A stretch of DNA of 64,000 nucleotides from a virus, in IMG/VR virus record IMGVR_UViG_3300027857_000004, positions 8,598 to 72,597 of that record. The stretch is one strand, 5' to 3'. Both the position numbers and the translations under genes were made by a program. This document shows positions 19,285-28,869 of the stretch, piece after piece (positions within the stretch are counted from its first letter, which is position 1; every line of letters starts with the position of its first letter). The notes beneath the pieces were generated by a model that saw only the letters and a program-made list of their open reading frames with translations, was not told the origin of the DNA and searched no databases.

Positions 19285-19964
19285 TCGGACAGTTCCTCCT
19301 TAAGTTTCGCAATTGCACGATTCCAGGTGACTCCAATCCAGGCGCGGCTGCAATTGAATTCTTCTCCTGCTTCCCGAAACGAAAAGCCAGTGTGCCGGAT
19401 GAAAAGAATAACGGCGCGCTCAAACGGCGTAAGGCAGCCGATAACTTTTTCAATCGCTTCCCACTGTTCTTTCGCGTCAATCGCGCTGAAGTCAGGTTCA
19501 ACTTTGCCTTCGATTTCTCCGCTTTCATCAACGCCTTCGATTTCTCTTTCTATTCCTCTCCGGCTAGCGGTGCGGTCTCTACCCTCTTCGATATATGCAT
19601 CCCAGCTCGTGGTGTGCGCCTTTTTCACTGTCTCTAAGCCTCTCCAGTATTCGGTCAGCAAACCGCGGAGAGCTTTCTTGGCGAAATGAAAATACCTTCC
19701 ATGTTTCGGGTCAAAGTTTCGAGCTGCCCGGTCAAGAGCTTTGTAGGACACGCTCACTAATTCACCATCTTCAACTTGGTGCTTGGACAGCTCTCGCAGA
19801 TACAACACTGCCTCCCGCAAGGAATGCTCAATCAGAAAATTAATCGCCTCTCGGTCTCCCTTGCGACGCTTGATTCGGCCTGCGTAATGGCGCTCTTGCT
19901 CGACCGTCAGCGGCTCATCGAGAAGCTGTTTAAACACTATGCTTTCTTCGGTTGTGGTGCTCAT
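19281..19964 (-). CDS. Sigma-70 family RNA polymerase sigma factor
   Basis: PLTVEQE...GDREAINFLI (region 1.2), ALDRAARNFDP..GRYFHFA (region 2), LTPFERAVI...FREAGEEFNCSR (region 4). Confidence 0.88.
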   Translation of the reverse strand: MSTTTEESIVFKQLLDEPLTVEQERHYAGRIKRRKGDREAINFLIEHSLREAVLYLRELSKHQVEDGELVSVSYKALDRAARNFDPKHGRYFHFAKKALRGLLTEYWRGLETVKKAHTTSWDAYIEEGRDRTASRRGIEREIEGVDESGEIEGKVEPDFSAIDAKEQWEAIEKVIGCLTPFERAVILFIRHTGFSFREAGEEFNCSRAWIGVTWNRAIAKLKEELSE

Positions 19965-22108
19965 GGTTGTGGTGGCTTAGAAAAGGTCCAGACTCTCGTC
20001 TTGCTGTTCGCATCAGTGCTGACTTCCGCTTTGACCGAATTCTCTTTCTGAAGTTGCTCTAAATACCGGTTAGACTGCTCCAACCGCAAGCTGCGGAGAA
20101 TCGATTCGTTGAGCGGGTTCGACATCAACAACCGGTTAATAGCAGAGACTGTGCCGGACCAAACGCTCTCGCTCGGATTTTCACGGAACCATTGCGCGAG
20201 AGAGTCGAGCAGAATTTCCTTAAAAGGCGCACTCGGGTTCGTCTGATTGCATTGTTCAAGCAGACTCGGCTCTTGAAAACTCACGAATCCGTATCGCGGG
20301 TCGCGTTCGATTTCGTCCGACACTTTCCAGTCGAGCAGCCATCGTGCGTAGTAGGGCAGCTCGGCGCGGATGAACCGGATTGTGTCTTCTCGATTCGGGA
20401 ATTTAAATGCGCGCCCTTCGTTATCTGCGATGCAGCGGAAAAGATTAAGCTTATCGAGAGAGCTGTTGTCAAGCGGGCCGATAATTCGACTTGACTGAAA
20501 ATCGAGATTTGCGGTGATGCCTAACCGGCCAACCCATTGAACCATACAAGGAACTTCGAACTTCTTATGAAATTCCCACTCCGAGTTGGCCGCAATTTTT
20601 TTGAACAGCATATGCGTCCGATTTGCAGTTGCGTAGCTCGAAGTAGGCGTGTCATCATCTAACACCATGTGAGGCACCGCTAACAACTGAGAATTAAATG
20701 TTCCGCCGTCGACCAAAAATCCGCTTGCATCCGCAAAACCCCCAACAAGAGTGCCTATGATTTGACGATTCACAAAAGTCTTACCGATGCCCACGCCTCC
20801 TTGCAACACAAGATTCTGTCCAGGCCGCGGCATCCACAGATAAGCGCTTTCGTAATAATATTTCAACCATGCGTTGAACCGGATAAGCTGCTCCGGAGGG
20901 TCAAACAGAGTCAAGAAAAAGGTAGAGATAAATGGAAAGTTTCCCACGCTTCCGAAAATCTGTGCCCCGATAGCGGGTTCAAGTGGCTTGCTATCGTAAA
21001 TGTTGAGTGTCCGCTTGCCCTGGTATTCAATCAACCCGGGTCGCATAAAAACAAATGGCGCTGCTCCTACCACGCGCTGTTGGCAATGAATGTGGTCCAG
21101 AGCCCTGTCGACAGCTGAATGGCCCTGCCCATCCGGCTTAGCAGACATTCTGCAGGACACTTTCAAGTAATTTGTAAACTCTCCTCGCTCCGAGCTAGCC
21201 CAACTCTCACCAATCTTTCGATGGTATCGGTGCCCATCAAAATAAATGTCCGAGGTTCCGGCTGCGACAGATTTTTCTGCAAACTCTGTGATGAATTCCT
21301 TGCCCAAAATCGATGCCCAATCATAAAACATCTTCGTCGCATGCGCCGAAAACGTCAGCATGCCTTCGGCTTTGACGATGGCTGAAAGCGGAGAAACTGA
21401 TTCTGGAATAAAAAACGACGGCCCTTGGGAACCTTCCGCAAACTCTCCAGGCCAGTTGAAATTTGGGAATTTTTCTTTGATAGCCTTTTCCACCACATCG
21501 AGACCTACATTCACCTGCGCCATTTCTTTGAAGCGGAAAGCTTGCGCTATCTTCACGAAGTGGGCCTGAAGCTTCGAAAAAGGCACCGGTCCATGCCCCG
21601 TAGCTTTCCAAATATCGCCTCGACAAAACAATCGGCTAGTCGTTGTCAGCGCGGGCAAGTCGAGAGCCGGAAGCAGATTTAGATTCAAAAATTTCTCGCA
21701 CGATTGAAGAAAGTAAACTCCAAAATCATTCCCGTCGACCAGCAATGGACGTTCTAAAATCCAGATGAGCCTTCGGTTTCCGCCAAGGGAGGTTTCCACC
21801 CAGGACGCTTTTACCGGCATACTTTCGAGAGCTTCATCAATGCGTGCATCGGGAATAGGAATGTCGTAATCGGCTACGATGGCATGAACCGCACGAACCG
21901 GATTGTCTTTACCGCAGCGCACCCCCGCGTTTACGCCTTCGAGACCGCTATAGAAGCAGTGCCGGGTAGCCGGATTCTGATAAAAATTTTGACGCTCGTG
22001 CTTGTCTTTGCGTATCTGCTCCGTGATTTGTTCTGTGACTTGAAATTCCCAAGGCAGCCCAGGAACGACGGATTGAGTAACGAGATTCGGGGCAAAGAAA
22101 AAATTCAT
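19961..22108 (-). CDS. Primase-helicase (primase-like N-terminus plus SF3/DUF5906-like NTPase)
   Basis: AIVADYD...ETSLGGNRRLIW; Walker A GGVGIGKT; LDDD. Confidence 0.8.
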   Translation of the reverse strand: MNFFFAPNLVTQSVVPGLPWEFQVTEQITEQIRKDKHERQNFYQNPATRHCFYSGLEGVNAGVRCGKDNPVRAVHAIVADYDIPIPDARIDEALESMPVKASWVETSLGGNRRLIWILERPLLVDGNDFGVYFLQSCEKFLNLNLLPALDLPALTTTSRLFCRGDIWKATGHGPVPFSKLQAHFVKIAQAFRFKEMAQVNVGLDVVEKAIKEKFPNFNWPGEFAEGSQGPSFFIPESVSPLSAIVKAEGMLTFSAHATKMFYDWASILGKEFITEFAEKSVAAGTSDIYFDGHRYHRKIGESWASSERGEFTNYLKVSCRMSAKPDGQGHSAVDRALDHIHCQQRVVGAAPFVFMRPGLIEYQGKRTLNIYDSKPLEPAIGAQIFGSVGNFPFISTFFLTLFDPPEQLIRFNAWLKYYYESAYLWMPRPGQNLVLQGGVGIGKTFVNRQIIGTLVGGFADASGFLVDGGTFNSQLLAVPHMVLDDDTPTSSYATANRTHMLFKKIAANSEWEFHKKFEVPCMVQWVGRLGITANLDFQSSRIIGPLDNSSLDKLNLFRCIADNEGRAFKFPNREDTIRFIRAELPYYARWLLDWKVSDEIERDPRYGFVSFQEPSLLEQCNQTNPSAPFKEILLDSLAQWFRENPSESVWSGTVSAINRLLMSNPLNESILRSLRLEQSNRYLEQLQKENSVKAEVSTDANSKTRVWTFSKPPQP

Positions 22109-22344
22109 GCGAAATTTGGACTGGCGAATTCATTTCCGTCCTGGTGGTCCGTCCGAATCCTTGGTTCAGTCAATCCGAGGATTTGCCGGTGCATGTAGAC
22201 ATACCTTTTGCGGCCTTCGCGCCGCGCGGCATGCCAGAGACCGGTTGGCCTTTTCTGTGCGGTCCATTTCCATTGATTCAACCAATCAAAATCAGCGTCA
22301 TCAACCAAAGCAAACTGGCCTTGAGTAAGCGGTATCTTTTTCAT
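22105..22344 (-). pseudogene. Internally deleted HNH-AP2 endonuclease remnant
   Basis: Paralogous N-terminus, then DHQDGN joined directly to the terminal EFASPNF; most of the HNH and AP2 domains are missing. Confidence 0.75.
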
Positions 22345-24320
22345 TTCAGGTAGTGCTGGACTTCCTTAGCTTCGGCGCCGATGGGACAGCCGGGCAGCCA
22401 TTCCGGCGTCTTGCTCATTTCGTGTTCGACATCGCGTGCGGTCACGCTTTTGTCCACTTCCAGAATTGCTTCGTCGTGACTTGAGAAAAGGTTGCACCAG
22501 CCGTTGGAGTCCATCCGCACAACTGACTCGCCGAACACGTCGCGTGCGATTGCCTGGGTGACGTTCTCGACAATCTTTCCGCCATACCAAGGAAGCCGCC
22601 GGTGTCCGTCAGTGGTTGCGGTGTATTCCCAGTTGCGGCGCGGCTTGCCGGTCTCTGGGTCTTTAACAATCTTGAGCACTCCTTTGATGTCGGCGTAGCA
22701 CATTTTGCGTCCGTTGGGCAGCGTCACCGGCATGTTGCCGCCAATGCTCCGGCGAAATGCGTCGTCCATTTTCTCCCACAGTTTCACAATCTTCGGATTA
22801 TTCTTGCGGAATCCGTCAACCAGATTGCGCGCGAATGTTCCATAGCCGGGCACTGTTTTGACTTTGCCGGTAGCTTGGTCCGTCACCTCGACTGTCTCCG
22901 GGTCAGTCTCAGTCAGGTCCATGCCGCTCTCTTTTAACGCGGTGCTGATAAACTTTTTCCAACCCGCTTGATAACCCAGCTGCAGCACCTGGATTTTAAT
23001 CAGCTTGTATTCTTTAGATGCTTTGTCCATCTTCGGACCGCTGTAACCCATCGTCGTTCGTGCAAACGATTCGTATATCGACATTCCCCCTGATATTTTT
23101 TCGAGCAGTTCCTTGTTACCGGTCAGCCAACCCAGCACACGCGGCTCGATTTGTGCAAGGTCACTGACTATCATTTTAGTGCCTGGACGCGGAATAATCA
23201 GAGCCCGAAAATCGATAGTGCCCTTCACCCAGGTTGGGTAGGCGCCGGTGTCGTCAAATTGCTCCATCGCGGCAAAAACTCGCCGGTCGTCGGTCTCCAT
23301 CAGGCAGTGTTCGTTTTGGAAGACGGGAACCTTCCGCATGTTTTGCATGTTGATTCGTGCGTCACCGGACCACCGTCCTGTGTGCGCCCCGAAATACTTC
23401 AAACTGAACGGCATTATACCGTCGTCATTTAGCCGCCTTTTGACAAGTAAGAGAGTCTTATATAGCTTATTAATACTTCTCCATGCGGTCACCGCGAAAA
23501 TCCAGGGATGCTGCGGAGCGTAGGTGTCTTCCCACTCCTGGTAAGCTTCGGCGTCTCTCGTTTTCACCGGCGGCGCCGGGATTCCTTTCCGTCTGCACTG
23601 CTCGACTATGCATTTCGTTGACGTGGGCGAGGCGTTGAATTCATCCCAATCGTCTGAGTCGTCGTCCTGCATCCACGGAATCTCTTTCGTGGTTCGCATG
23701 AGCATGTCATGAGAGCGATTGAGATATTCATGGAGAAGTTCGACGTTGATTTGCACTCCGTGCATGCCCTGCTCAATTGTCAGGTCAGATAATCGCTGCT
23801 CGACACTCGGCATCTGCGCAGAAAAATCGTTCCACAACCTCCAGCACCACAGCGCGTCATCCTTTGCGTAGCGCAGCATGTTGACCCGCTCTTGCTCGGA
23901 GAAGTCATTCGGCCAGCGCTTGCCTTCTGCGTTTGCCCTAGCGGATTTATCTAGCTTGATTTTAAAAAGGTGCTCAACCGCTGCATCTAACGAGCGGCGA
24001 TTACAGAGATAGCTGGTCAGGTTCGCTGTGCACTTCCATCCGGCAAAATTGATTTTCGGTGCGAGTTTCTGTTCCACCAGACGGTTGTAAACCGTTTGGT
24101 CAAATCGGCGATTGTGGCTCAGCAGGACTTTCCCGTCCAGCGCATTCCAATTAAATTCGGACGGATGCCCAGACCACGCTCGCTCGCCGTCGCAATATGA
24201 AAGCATGTAGGTATCAAACAGCTCATGCTGAACGTATTCCTCCGGCAGATTGCCGGACACGCTACACTTCAATTTGCGGCTGTAGAATGTTTCGAAGTCG
24301 ATTGAGACAAATTTAGACAC
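22341..24320 (-). CDS. Family A DNA polymerase with 3'-5' exonuclease
   Basis: IDFETF, HN..FD, YAKDD exo motifs; HTGRWSG, NMQN, SDLAQIEPR, ENVTQAIARD, HDE; likely GTG start at 24320. Confidence 0.93.
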   Translation of the reverse strand: MSKFVSIDFETFYSRKLKCSVSGNLPEEYVQHELFDTYMLSYCDGERAWSGHPSEFNWNALDGKVLLSHNRRFDQTVYNRLVEQKLAPKINFAGWKCTANLTSYLCNRRSLDAAVEHLFKIKLDKSARANAEGKRWPNDFSEQERVNMLRYAKDDALWCWRLWNDFSAQMPSVEQRLSDLTIEQGMHGVQINVELLHEYLNRSHDMLMRTTKEIPWMQDDDSDDWDEFNASPTSTKCIVEQCRRKGIPAPPVKTRDAEAYQEWEDTYAPQHPWIFAVTAWRSINKLYKTLLLVKRRLNDDGIMPFSLKYFGAHTGRWSGDARINMQNMRKVPVFQNEHCLMETDDRRVFAAMEQFDDTGAYPTWVKGTIDFRALIIPRPGTKMIVSDLAQIEPRVLGWLTGNKELLEKISGGMSIYESFARTTMGYSGPKMDKASKEYKLIKIQVLQLGYQAGWKKFISTALKESGMDLTETDPETVEVTDQATGKVKTVPGYGTFARNLVDGFRKNNPKIVKLWEKMDDAFRRSIGGNMPVTLPNGRKMCYADIKGVLKIVKDPETGKPRRNWEYTATTDGHRRLPWYGGKIVENVTQAIARDVFGESVVRMDSNGWCNLFSSHDEAILEVDKSVTARDVEHEMSKTPEWLPGCPIGAEAKEVQHYLK

Positions 24321-24344
24321 GGAAACTAGCTTGGCAGGAAAAAG

Positions 24345-24383
24345 AAACGGGCACAACTCGTTTTGAGCGAGCTGTGCCCGTTT
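24345..24383 (-). terminator. Stem-loop between the 24387 gene and the polymerase gene, overlapping a -35 box
   Basis: aaacgggcaca...tgtgcccgttt inverted repeat. Confidence 0.55.
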
Positions 24384-24386
24384 GAA

Positions 24387-24731
24387 TTAGCGCGTTGCAC
24401 GCGCCGTGCAGCCGACTGTTGGTTGTCTCTTTATCTTATTCTGGATGATTCGACCAATGAGCCGATTCAGTTCCGGTTCCAGCCGGTCCATTAGCGCGCC
24501 GGTGGTGAACCGCAATTCGGTTTCCAGCGGCTCGTCTAAAGTCACCGGATTGTTGTTGCGAATGTTTCGGATGAGGCATTCCACGTCTGTCAGCGTCTCC
24601 GTGATGAAGTCCTGGCCCACACGGGTGAACTTTCCCGCTCGGAACTTTTTTGAGCAAGCGAGTGCGTGCTCACGGATGGCGGATTCGTTCAGATACCGGC
24701 CCGAAGCTAAGTCCAGCGTTTCACTACTCAT
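24387..24731 (-). CDS. Hypothetical protein
   Basis: ATG preceded by AGGAGG; 114 aa. Confidence 0.65.
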   Translation of the reverse strand: MSSETLDLASGRYLNESAIREHALACSKKFRAGKFTRVGQDFITETLTDVECLIRNIRNNNPVTLDEPLETELRFTTGALMDRLEPELNRLIGRIIQNKIKRQPTVGCTARATR

Positions 24732-24849
24732 CGATACGCCTCCTTCTGTCGGTCCGCATAACACGTATTGCAGAGCGTGACTTTTCGGCGCAAATCGCTA
24801 AAGCCCGGTTAACTGTCTCGTGCAGCGTTTCAAAATATATGTCACTCAT
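24724..24849 (-). CDS. Small leaderless ORF (41 aa, MSDIYFETLH...)
   Basis: ATG 6 nt after TTGCGC-17-TAGTTT promoter (24884-24856). Confidence 0.4.
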   Translation of the reverse strand: MSDIYFETLHETVNRALAICAEKSRSAIRVMRTDRRRRIDE

Positions 24850-24903
24850 GCCATCAAACTAGCACGGCGTTTAAACGGGCGCAACTCGTTTTTGAAAGAT
24901 TTA

Positions 24904-24933
24904 AGGGCAGCTGATGCTTTCACCAGCTGCCCT
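24904..24933 (-). terminator. Stem-loop terminator after the SSB-like gene
   Basis: agggcagctg...cagctgccct. Confidence 0.55.
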
Positions 24934-24976
24934 AATGCTTGCTCATAATCATGAGCAACCAGCGCGCCAAAACCAA

Positions 24977-25840
24977 CTAGCTGCTTGAACCGCCGGGGAG
25001 AACTTCACGGACGAATTCCATAAAAGCTTCGCTTGACTTCTCCTTTGGTAAGGCAACGGGCACCCAGGCGGCGTGACCACCGGGATACTTGTCTTCGCGG
25101 GAACTTACGGAGTAAGACCAGCTCGGAAAACCTCCGTGGCGGAGGGCGCCTAAGCGACGAGCGGGAAATAATGTCTTCTTGCACAACTGAGTGTAACTCG
25201 TGCCACGGACTGCCCACAAAGCTAACGCAACTTTCTTTCCGGCAACGTCATAGACAAAGACTGTCCCGTCATCGGCGATTGCTTCGGGCTTCTCAATGGC
25301 AACCATACAGTCGGCCAACGGTTCAAACCGCTTCATGCCGGAATCTTTTTTGAGCTGCCACTCGCGATAATCCAGAGTGCCTCCGTTCGCGCGCACTTCC
25401 TCTTCACTCGCGACGAGCAGACCGCGGGCGCCACCTTCGCACTTTTCTGCGTAGCGAGTAGGTCGGAACCCAAGAAATGTCATCGTCACGGGCGGAGTCG
25501 CCGCGCGCTTCAACGTGCTGGTCTTTGCCTCGATGATGGCGGGCAAGAAAAGAACGAGCTGCTGGCCATAGAGAATCGAGCCGGATTCGAATGACTGCGA
25601 TAAGTCACCTATGTTCTGCACAATGTTGCAGCGAGGGAGCTGCATGTCAGAGAAGTCCGGCAAAAGGTCTCCGAGCAGAAAAGACTGCCTCGCCGGTGCG
25701 GCGAATGACGACGCTATCGCGGGCAGCTGCGTGCCCGGAACGGCGGGCGACGGTTTAGCCGGTTCTTGCGTTACGGTGGCCGCAACTTCCACGACCGGAG
25801 TCGCGGGGTTCGCGGGGTTATTGCTGAGATTCACTTCCAT
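24977..25840 (-). CDS. Putative single-stranded DNA-binding protein
   Basis: D.QLPR..IVQ...G.I pattern typical of phage SSB-like proteins; sits between the exonuclease and polymerase. Confidence 0.5.
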   Translation of the reverse strand: MEVNLSNNPANPATPVVEVAATVTQEPAKPSPAVPGTQLPAIASSFAAPARQSFLLGDLLPDFSDMQLPRCNIVQNIGDLSQSFESGSILYGQQLVLFLPAIIEAKTSTLKRAATPPVTMTFLGFRPTRYAEKCEGGARGLLVASEEEVRANGGTLDYREWQLKKDSGMKRFEPLADCMVAIEKPEAIADDGTVFVYDVAGKKVALALWAVRGTSYTQLCKKTLFPARRLGALRHGGFPSWSYSVSSREDKYPGGHAAWVPVALPKEKSSEAFMEFVREVLPGGSSS

Positions 25841-25853
25841 ACGTTTGTTCTTT

Positions 25854-27110
25854 CTATTTTTGAATGTTTGTGTTTTCTGCGTTCTCATCGGATTTGACAC
25901 TAGGTCTAGCCTTGAGAAAAGTAAATGGCGGCTGCTTCACAACTGCGCCCAGCTCTTCAACTTGCTTTTTGAACTTTTCGACCCAGGCTTGCTTTTGTCC
26001 CCGAGGCGCTTTCTCCGCGATGAGCCCTTCCACTGCGCCGAACGTGGTGTCAAGGGTAGAAGCGAATTCGGCAGCCGTGATATAATCAAGCGCAGCCTCC
26101 CGATATTTTTTCAGGTCAACTAACTCGCGCTTTTCGGTCGTCTGAAGAGAGAATCCGATGGGCACCGGAGCGTCTCCCCGTAAGACTCGGTCCGACAGGA
26201 CGGACTTGAATGCCTTCGCCCACACGCTGACAATCGATGCCAGCTGGAGAGCGAGCTTGGTCTGGTTCGGGTCCATTATCTGAGTAGGCGTGATTGAGTC
26301 AGGCATTTCGAGCGGGTGAAACTTTTTGCCGATTTGCAAGAAAAGATTCAGCGCTTTGTCGCACTTGCCGAGGTGCTCACAGAAACCACAAACGGGCGAA
26401 TACGGAGCAGCCATAGAAAAGTCCCCCTTTGCTCTCGCTTCACGAGCGCGAGCCACTGTCGCACACACGCGCGCATAGTGCATTGGAATTTCCTGCCGTG
26501 CGATTTTCGAATACGTAATGGGTCTCTCAGTGACGTGCGGCTGGAGAAAATCGACATACACTTCTTGGACTTTCGGATAGTGGTGAAACACTCCGAGTGC
26601 GTATGCGATGCCCTGCAGGTTTTCTTCCGCGTGAGTAACCGGCCAAATGCCATACTTATAATCGAGAATCACCGCTTTTTTCTGGTCCCACGAAAGTAGT
26701 AGCTTGTCCAGGTAACCAGCGGTTGTGGCGACCGTGCCGTCGTCGTAAATCCGGTCATCTATTCGCAGATAGCACTCGTTAATGTCGAGCACTTGCATTT
26801 CGAAATCGGCGGGGTGCGCCGGGTTCTGAGGCTCGTCGCGTTTGTATCGAGCTTCAACAGCTTCCTCAATGAGCTGCTGCTTACGCATCGCAACATGCTC
26901 TAAACACTGAGCGACAGCAGCGGAGTCTTCGTCACTGATTCGCTCGTCATCGGTCTCTTTCTCAGCCGCGCCGTGCGAGCGGGTTCCGGCAATGGTGCGC
27001 TCATGCAGTTTCTTCGGCTGCCGGGATTTGTAGCACGGACACGCTTCGAGCGATTCAAGCGTGCTCGGAGAGGTTGGATGGTGCGGGCGTTCTTTAATCT
27101 CGGTGTCCAT
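25854..27110 (-). CDS. PD-(D/E)XK Cas4-like exonuclease (DUF2800-like)
   Basis: SPSTL...CP, GT..H, GYLD..ILDYKYG, NLQ..AY, C.FC....C. Confidence 0.85.
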   Translation of the reverse strand: MDTEIKERPHHPTSPSTLESLEACPCYKSRQPKKLHERTIAGTRSHGAAEKETDDERISDEDSAAVAQCLEHVAMRKQQLIEEAVEARYKRDEPQNPAHPADFEMQVLDINECYLRIDDRIYDDGTVATTAGYLDKLLLSWDQKKAVILDYKYGIWPVTHAEENLQGIAYALGVFHHYPKVQEVYVDFLQPHVTERPITYSKIARQEIPMHYARVCATVARAREARAKGDFSMAAPYSPVCGFCEHLGKCDKALNLFLQIGKKFHPLEMPDSITPTQIMDPNQTKLALQLASIVSVWAKAFKSVLSDRVLRGDAPVPIGFSLQTTEKRELVDLKKYREAALDYITAAEFASTLDTTFGAVEGLIAEKAPRGQKQAWVEKFKKQVEELGAVVKQPPFTFLKARPSVKSDENAENTNIQK

Positions 27111-27579
27111 ATTTCTCTCTCATTTCTCGGTAACTTTTTATAGCGTGGCAATTGGCGCAACGCACCTCACATTTTTCTATTTCATCTAAGACCAACGACC
27201 ACTGCCGGGTTCTACCTTCTCCAATAGTAAAGCATTTCGTTCCTCTGACGTGGTCAAAGTGTAAAGCTGCCGGATGCTTGTTATAGCCACAATCGAGGCA
27301 CCCTCTGGAGGATTTTATTTTGTTAATTTCCTGATGCCGCCATCCAAGACTTTTTCGGCTCCATCCGGCGATTCGTTTTTTGCAGGCAGGGCACCTGACG
27401 TGATAAGTGCAAGCCGGTCCACTGTTAAGCGGGCACCGCCAATTTTGTCGATTGTTTTTTCGAGTAGCCGCGGCGCGCGCTCGATTAACGTCTCGTGTTT
27501 TTATACAAGCGGCACAAGGAAAATGATACCGACAACCCTCGGTGCCGGATGGGCATTTAAATTTGAGAATATGCGACAT
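27094..27579 (-). CDS. HNH endonuclease with Cys-rich N-terminus
   Basis: GCLDCG...ALHFDH...EIEKCEVRCANCH. Confidence 0.85.
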   Translation of the reverse strand: MSHILKFKCPSGTEGCRYHFPCAACIKTRDVNRARAAATRKNNRQNWRCPLNSGPACTYHVRCPACKKRIAGWSRKSLGWRHQEINKIKSSRGCLDCGYNKHPAALHFDHVRGTKCFTIGEGRTRQWSLVLDEIEKCEVRCANCHAIKSYREMREKYGHRD

Positions 27580-27824
27580 TAAACTTCTCCACCTTCGGTA
27601 GCCAAAAGCTCTCGTAGTTTTGCTTGAACACGAAAAAGAGCTTGGCATTCAATCCTGCGCACCATAGTGTCCGATATACCGAGCGCTCTGCCCACTTCTG
27701 TCAGACCTTTCCGCTTGTCGAGCTGGTCTGCGATTGCGGCGCCGATTCGCATTTGCTCACGAAACGCGACCGTTTTCTGCTGCGGGATATAACTGGGCTT
27801 CCCTGCTTTTCGAGGTGTGCTCAT
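27579..27824 (-). CDS. Sigma region 4-like HTH DNA-binding protein
   Basis: LTEVGRALGISDTMVRRIECQAL. Confidence 0.7.
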   Translation of the reverse strand: MSTPRKAGKPSYIPQQKTVAFREQMRIGAAIADQLDKRKGLTEVGRALGISDTMVRRIECQALFRVQAKLRELLATEGGEV

Positions 27825-28047
27825 ATTACAGCCAGATTGGAGTAGCGGGTGGCACAGATGTCCGGTAAACCTGGAACGCATCAGTGACGGCGTAGAAAGC
27901 TCGACTGCATTTCGCTGGTTTGGTGCCGCTGCGTTCCCGACTGTGCGTCGTCAACGACTTTTCGAGATTGGCGGTGTCTGTTGGCCGGAGACCGAGGTGG
28001 TCGCGAGGCTCTGCTGTTTCGGATAGGGCAATTTGCATATTTCAATT

Positions 28048-28076
28048 AATGTATCAGTTTTCGACCACCTACACAA
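28048..28076 (-). promoter_or_regulatory. Host sigma70-type promoter TTGTGT-17-TACATT (extended -10)
   Basis: Consensus match with 17-nt spacer; ATG at 28038. Confidence 0.55.
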
Positions 28077-28131
28077 CTCATCTTTTTTCGCGCGGGTGGC
28101 TGGTTAGCGCGCGAAAATAAATTAAATTCAA

Positions 28132-28326
28132 TTAATAGCTCGACATGACTTTCTTCGCCATGCTGTCCTGGGCCGGTTTGCCTGTCGGTTTCCAGCCATG
28201 CTCGACCGCATTCAGCAATCGCTTCTGACGCGCCGCCTTGGCAGGAGTGGTGGCTTTCGCTTTGATTCCGCCGGGCGTTCGGACCTGGACTTTTCCTTTG
28301 CCCACTGATTTCATTTTGACTGGCAT
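28132..28326 (-). CDS. Small basic hypothetical protein
   Basis: 64 aa; phage promoter TAGCG-N17-CGACTATT at 28362-28333. Confidence 0.7.
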   Translation of the reverse strand: MPVKMKSVGKGKVQVRTPGGIKAKATTPAKAARQKRLLNAVEHGWKPTGKPAQDSMAKKVMSSY

Positions 28327-28345
28327 ACCTCTAATAGTCGGCGAT

Positions 28346-28585
28346 TTACATCATCAGCGCTAGTAAAGAGTCAATCTGCCTGCCGTAGTGCTTGTCTCTC
28401 CAGGTGTCGTAAATTCGCTTGCGCTTTCCTCTGGGTGGGCGCGGATGAAATCGAGCGTTTGGCCCGGCGACACGTTCCCAGTAATTGTGGCGTCGCAATT
28501 GTTTTTTCGACATCGACTTCAACCCATGCCAGTGCACAGCATGAATAAAGCGAATCGCATTTCGGAGTGCTCGTTCGGGTGTCAT
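28346..28585 (-). CDS. Small basic hypothetical protein
   Basis: MTPERALRNA..., coupled by ATGA overlap to an upstream small ORF. Confidence 0.45.
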   Translation of the reverse strand: MTPERALRNAIRFIHAVHWHGLKSMSKKQLRRHNYWERVAGPNARFHPRPPRGKRKRIYDTWRDKHYGRQIDSLLALMM

Positions 28586-28869
28586 AAAAACAACGAAGTG
28601 ATGAGGGCAGCCCATGCGATGACTTCAAGAATCGCCCGGTCACGAACTAACTGGCGCCGGGTTTTTTGCGGCTCGAACTGGGCACGCAATATACACGAAA
28701 AGCAAATGGCACTCATTCTCGTTCGTGCTGCTCGCTCCCGCGCGGAGTCCAAAAGTATCTTGTGCCGTCCCACTCGGTGTAACCGTCGCCGCCAAACAGG
28801 CCGCGAGCAGCGAGGAATTGGGTAACTCTGGCGTGATACCAAGTCGAGGGAAAATAGTAAGTAACCGTG

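Noticed and set aside
25854-27110. CRISPR-associated Cas4
   Set aside because: No array or other cas genes; context (SSB-like, polymerase) fits a phage replication exonuclease.
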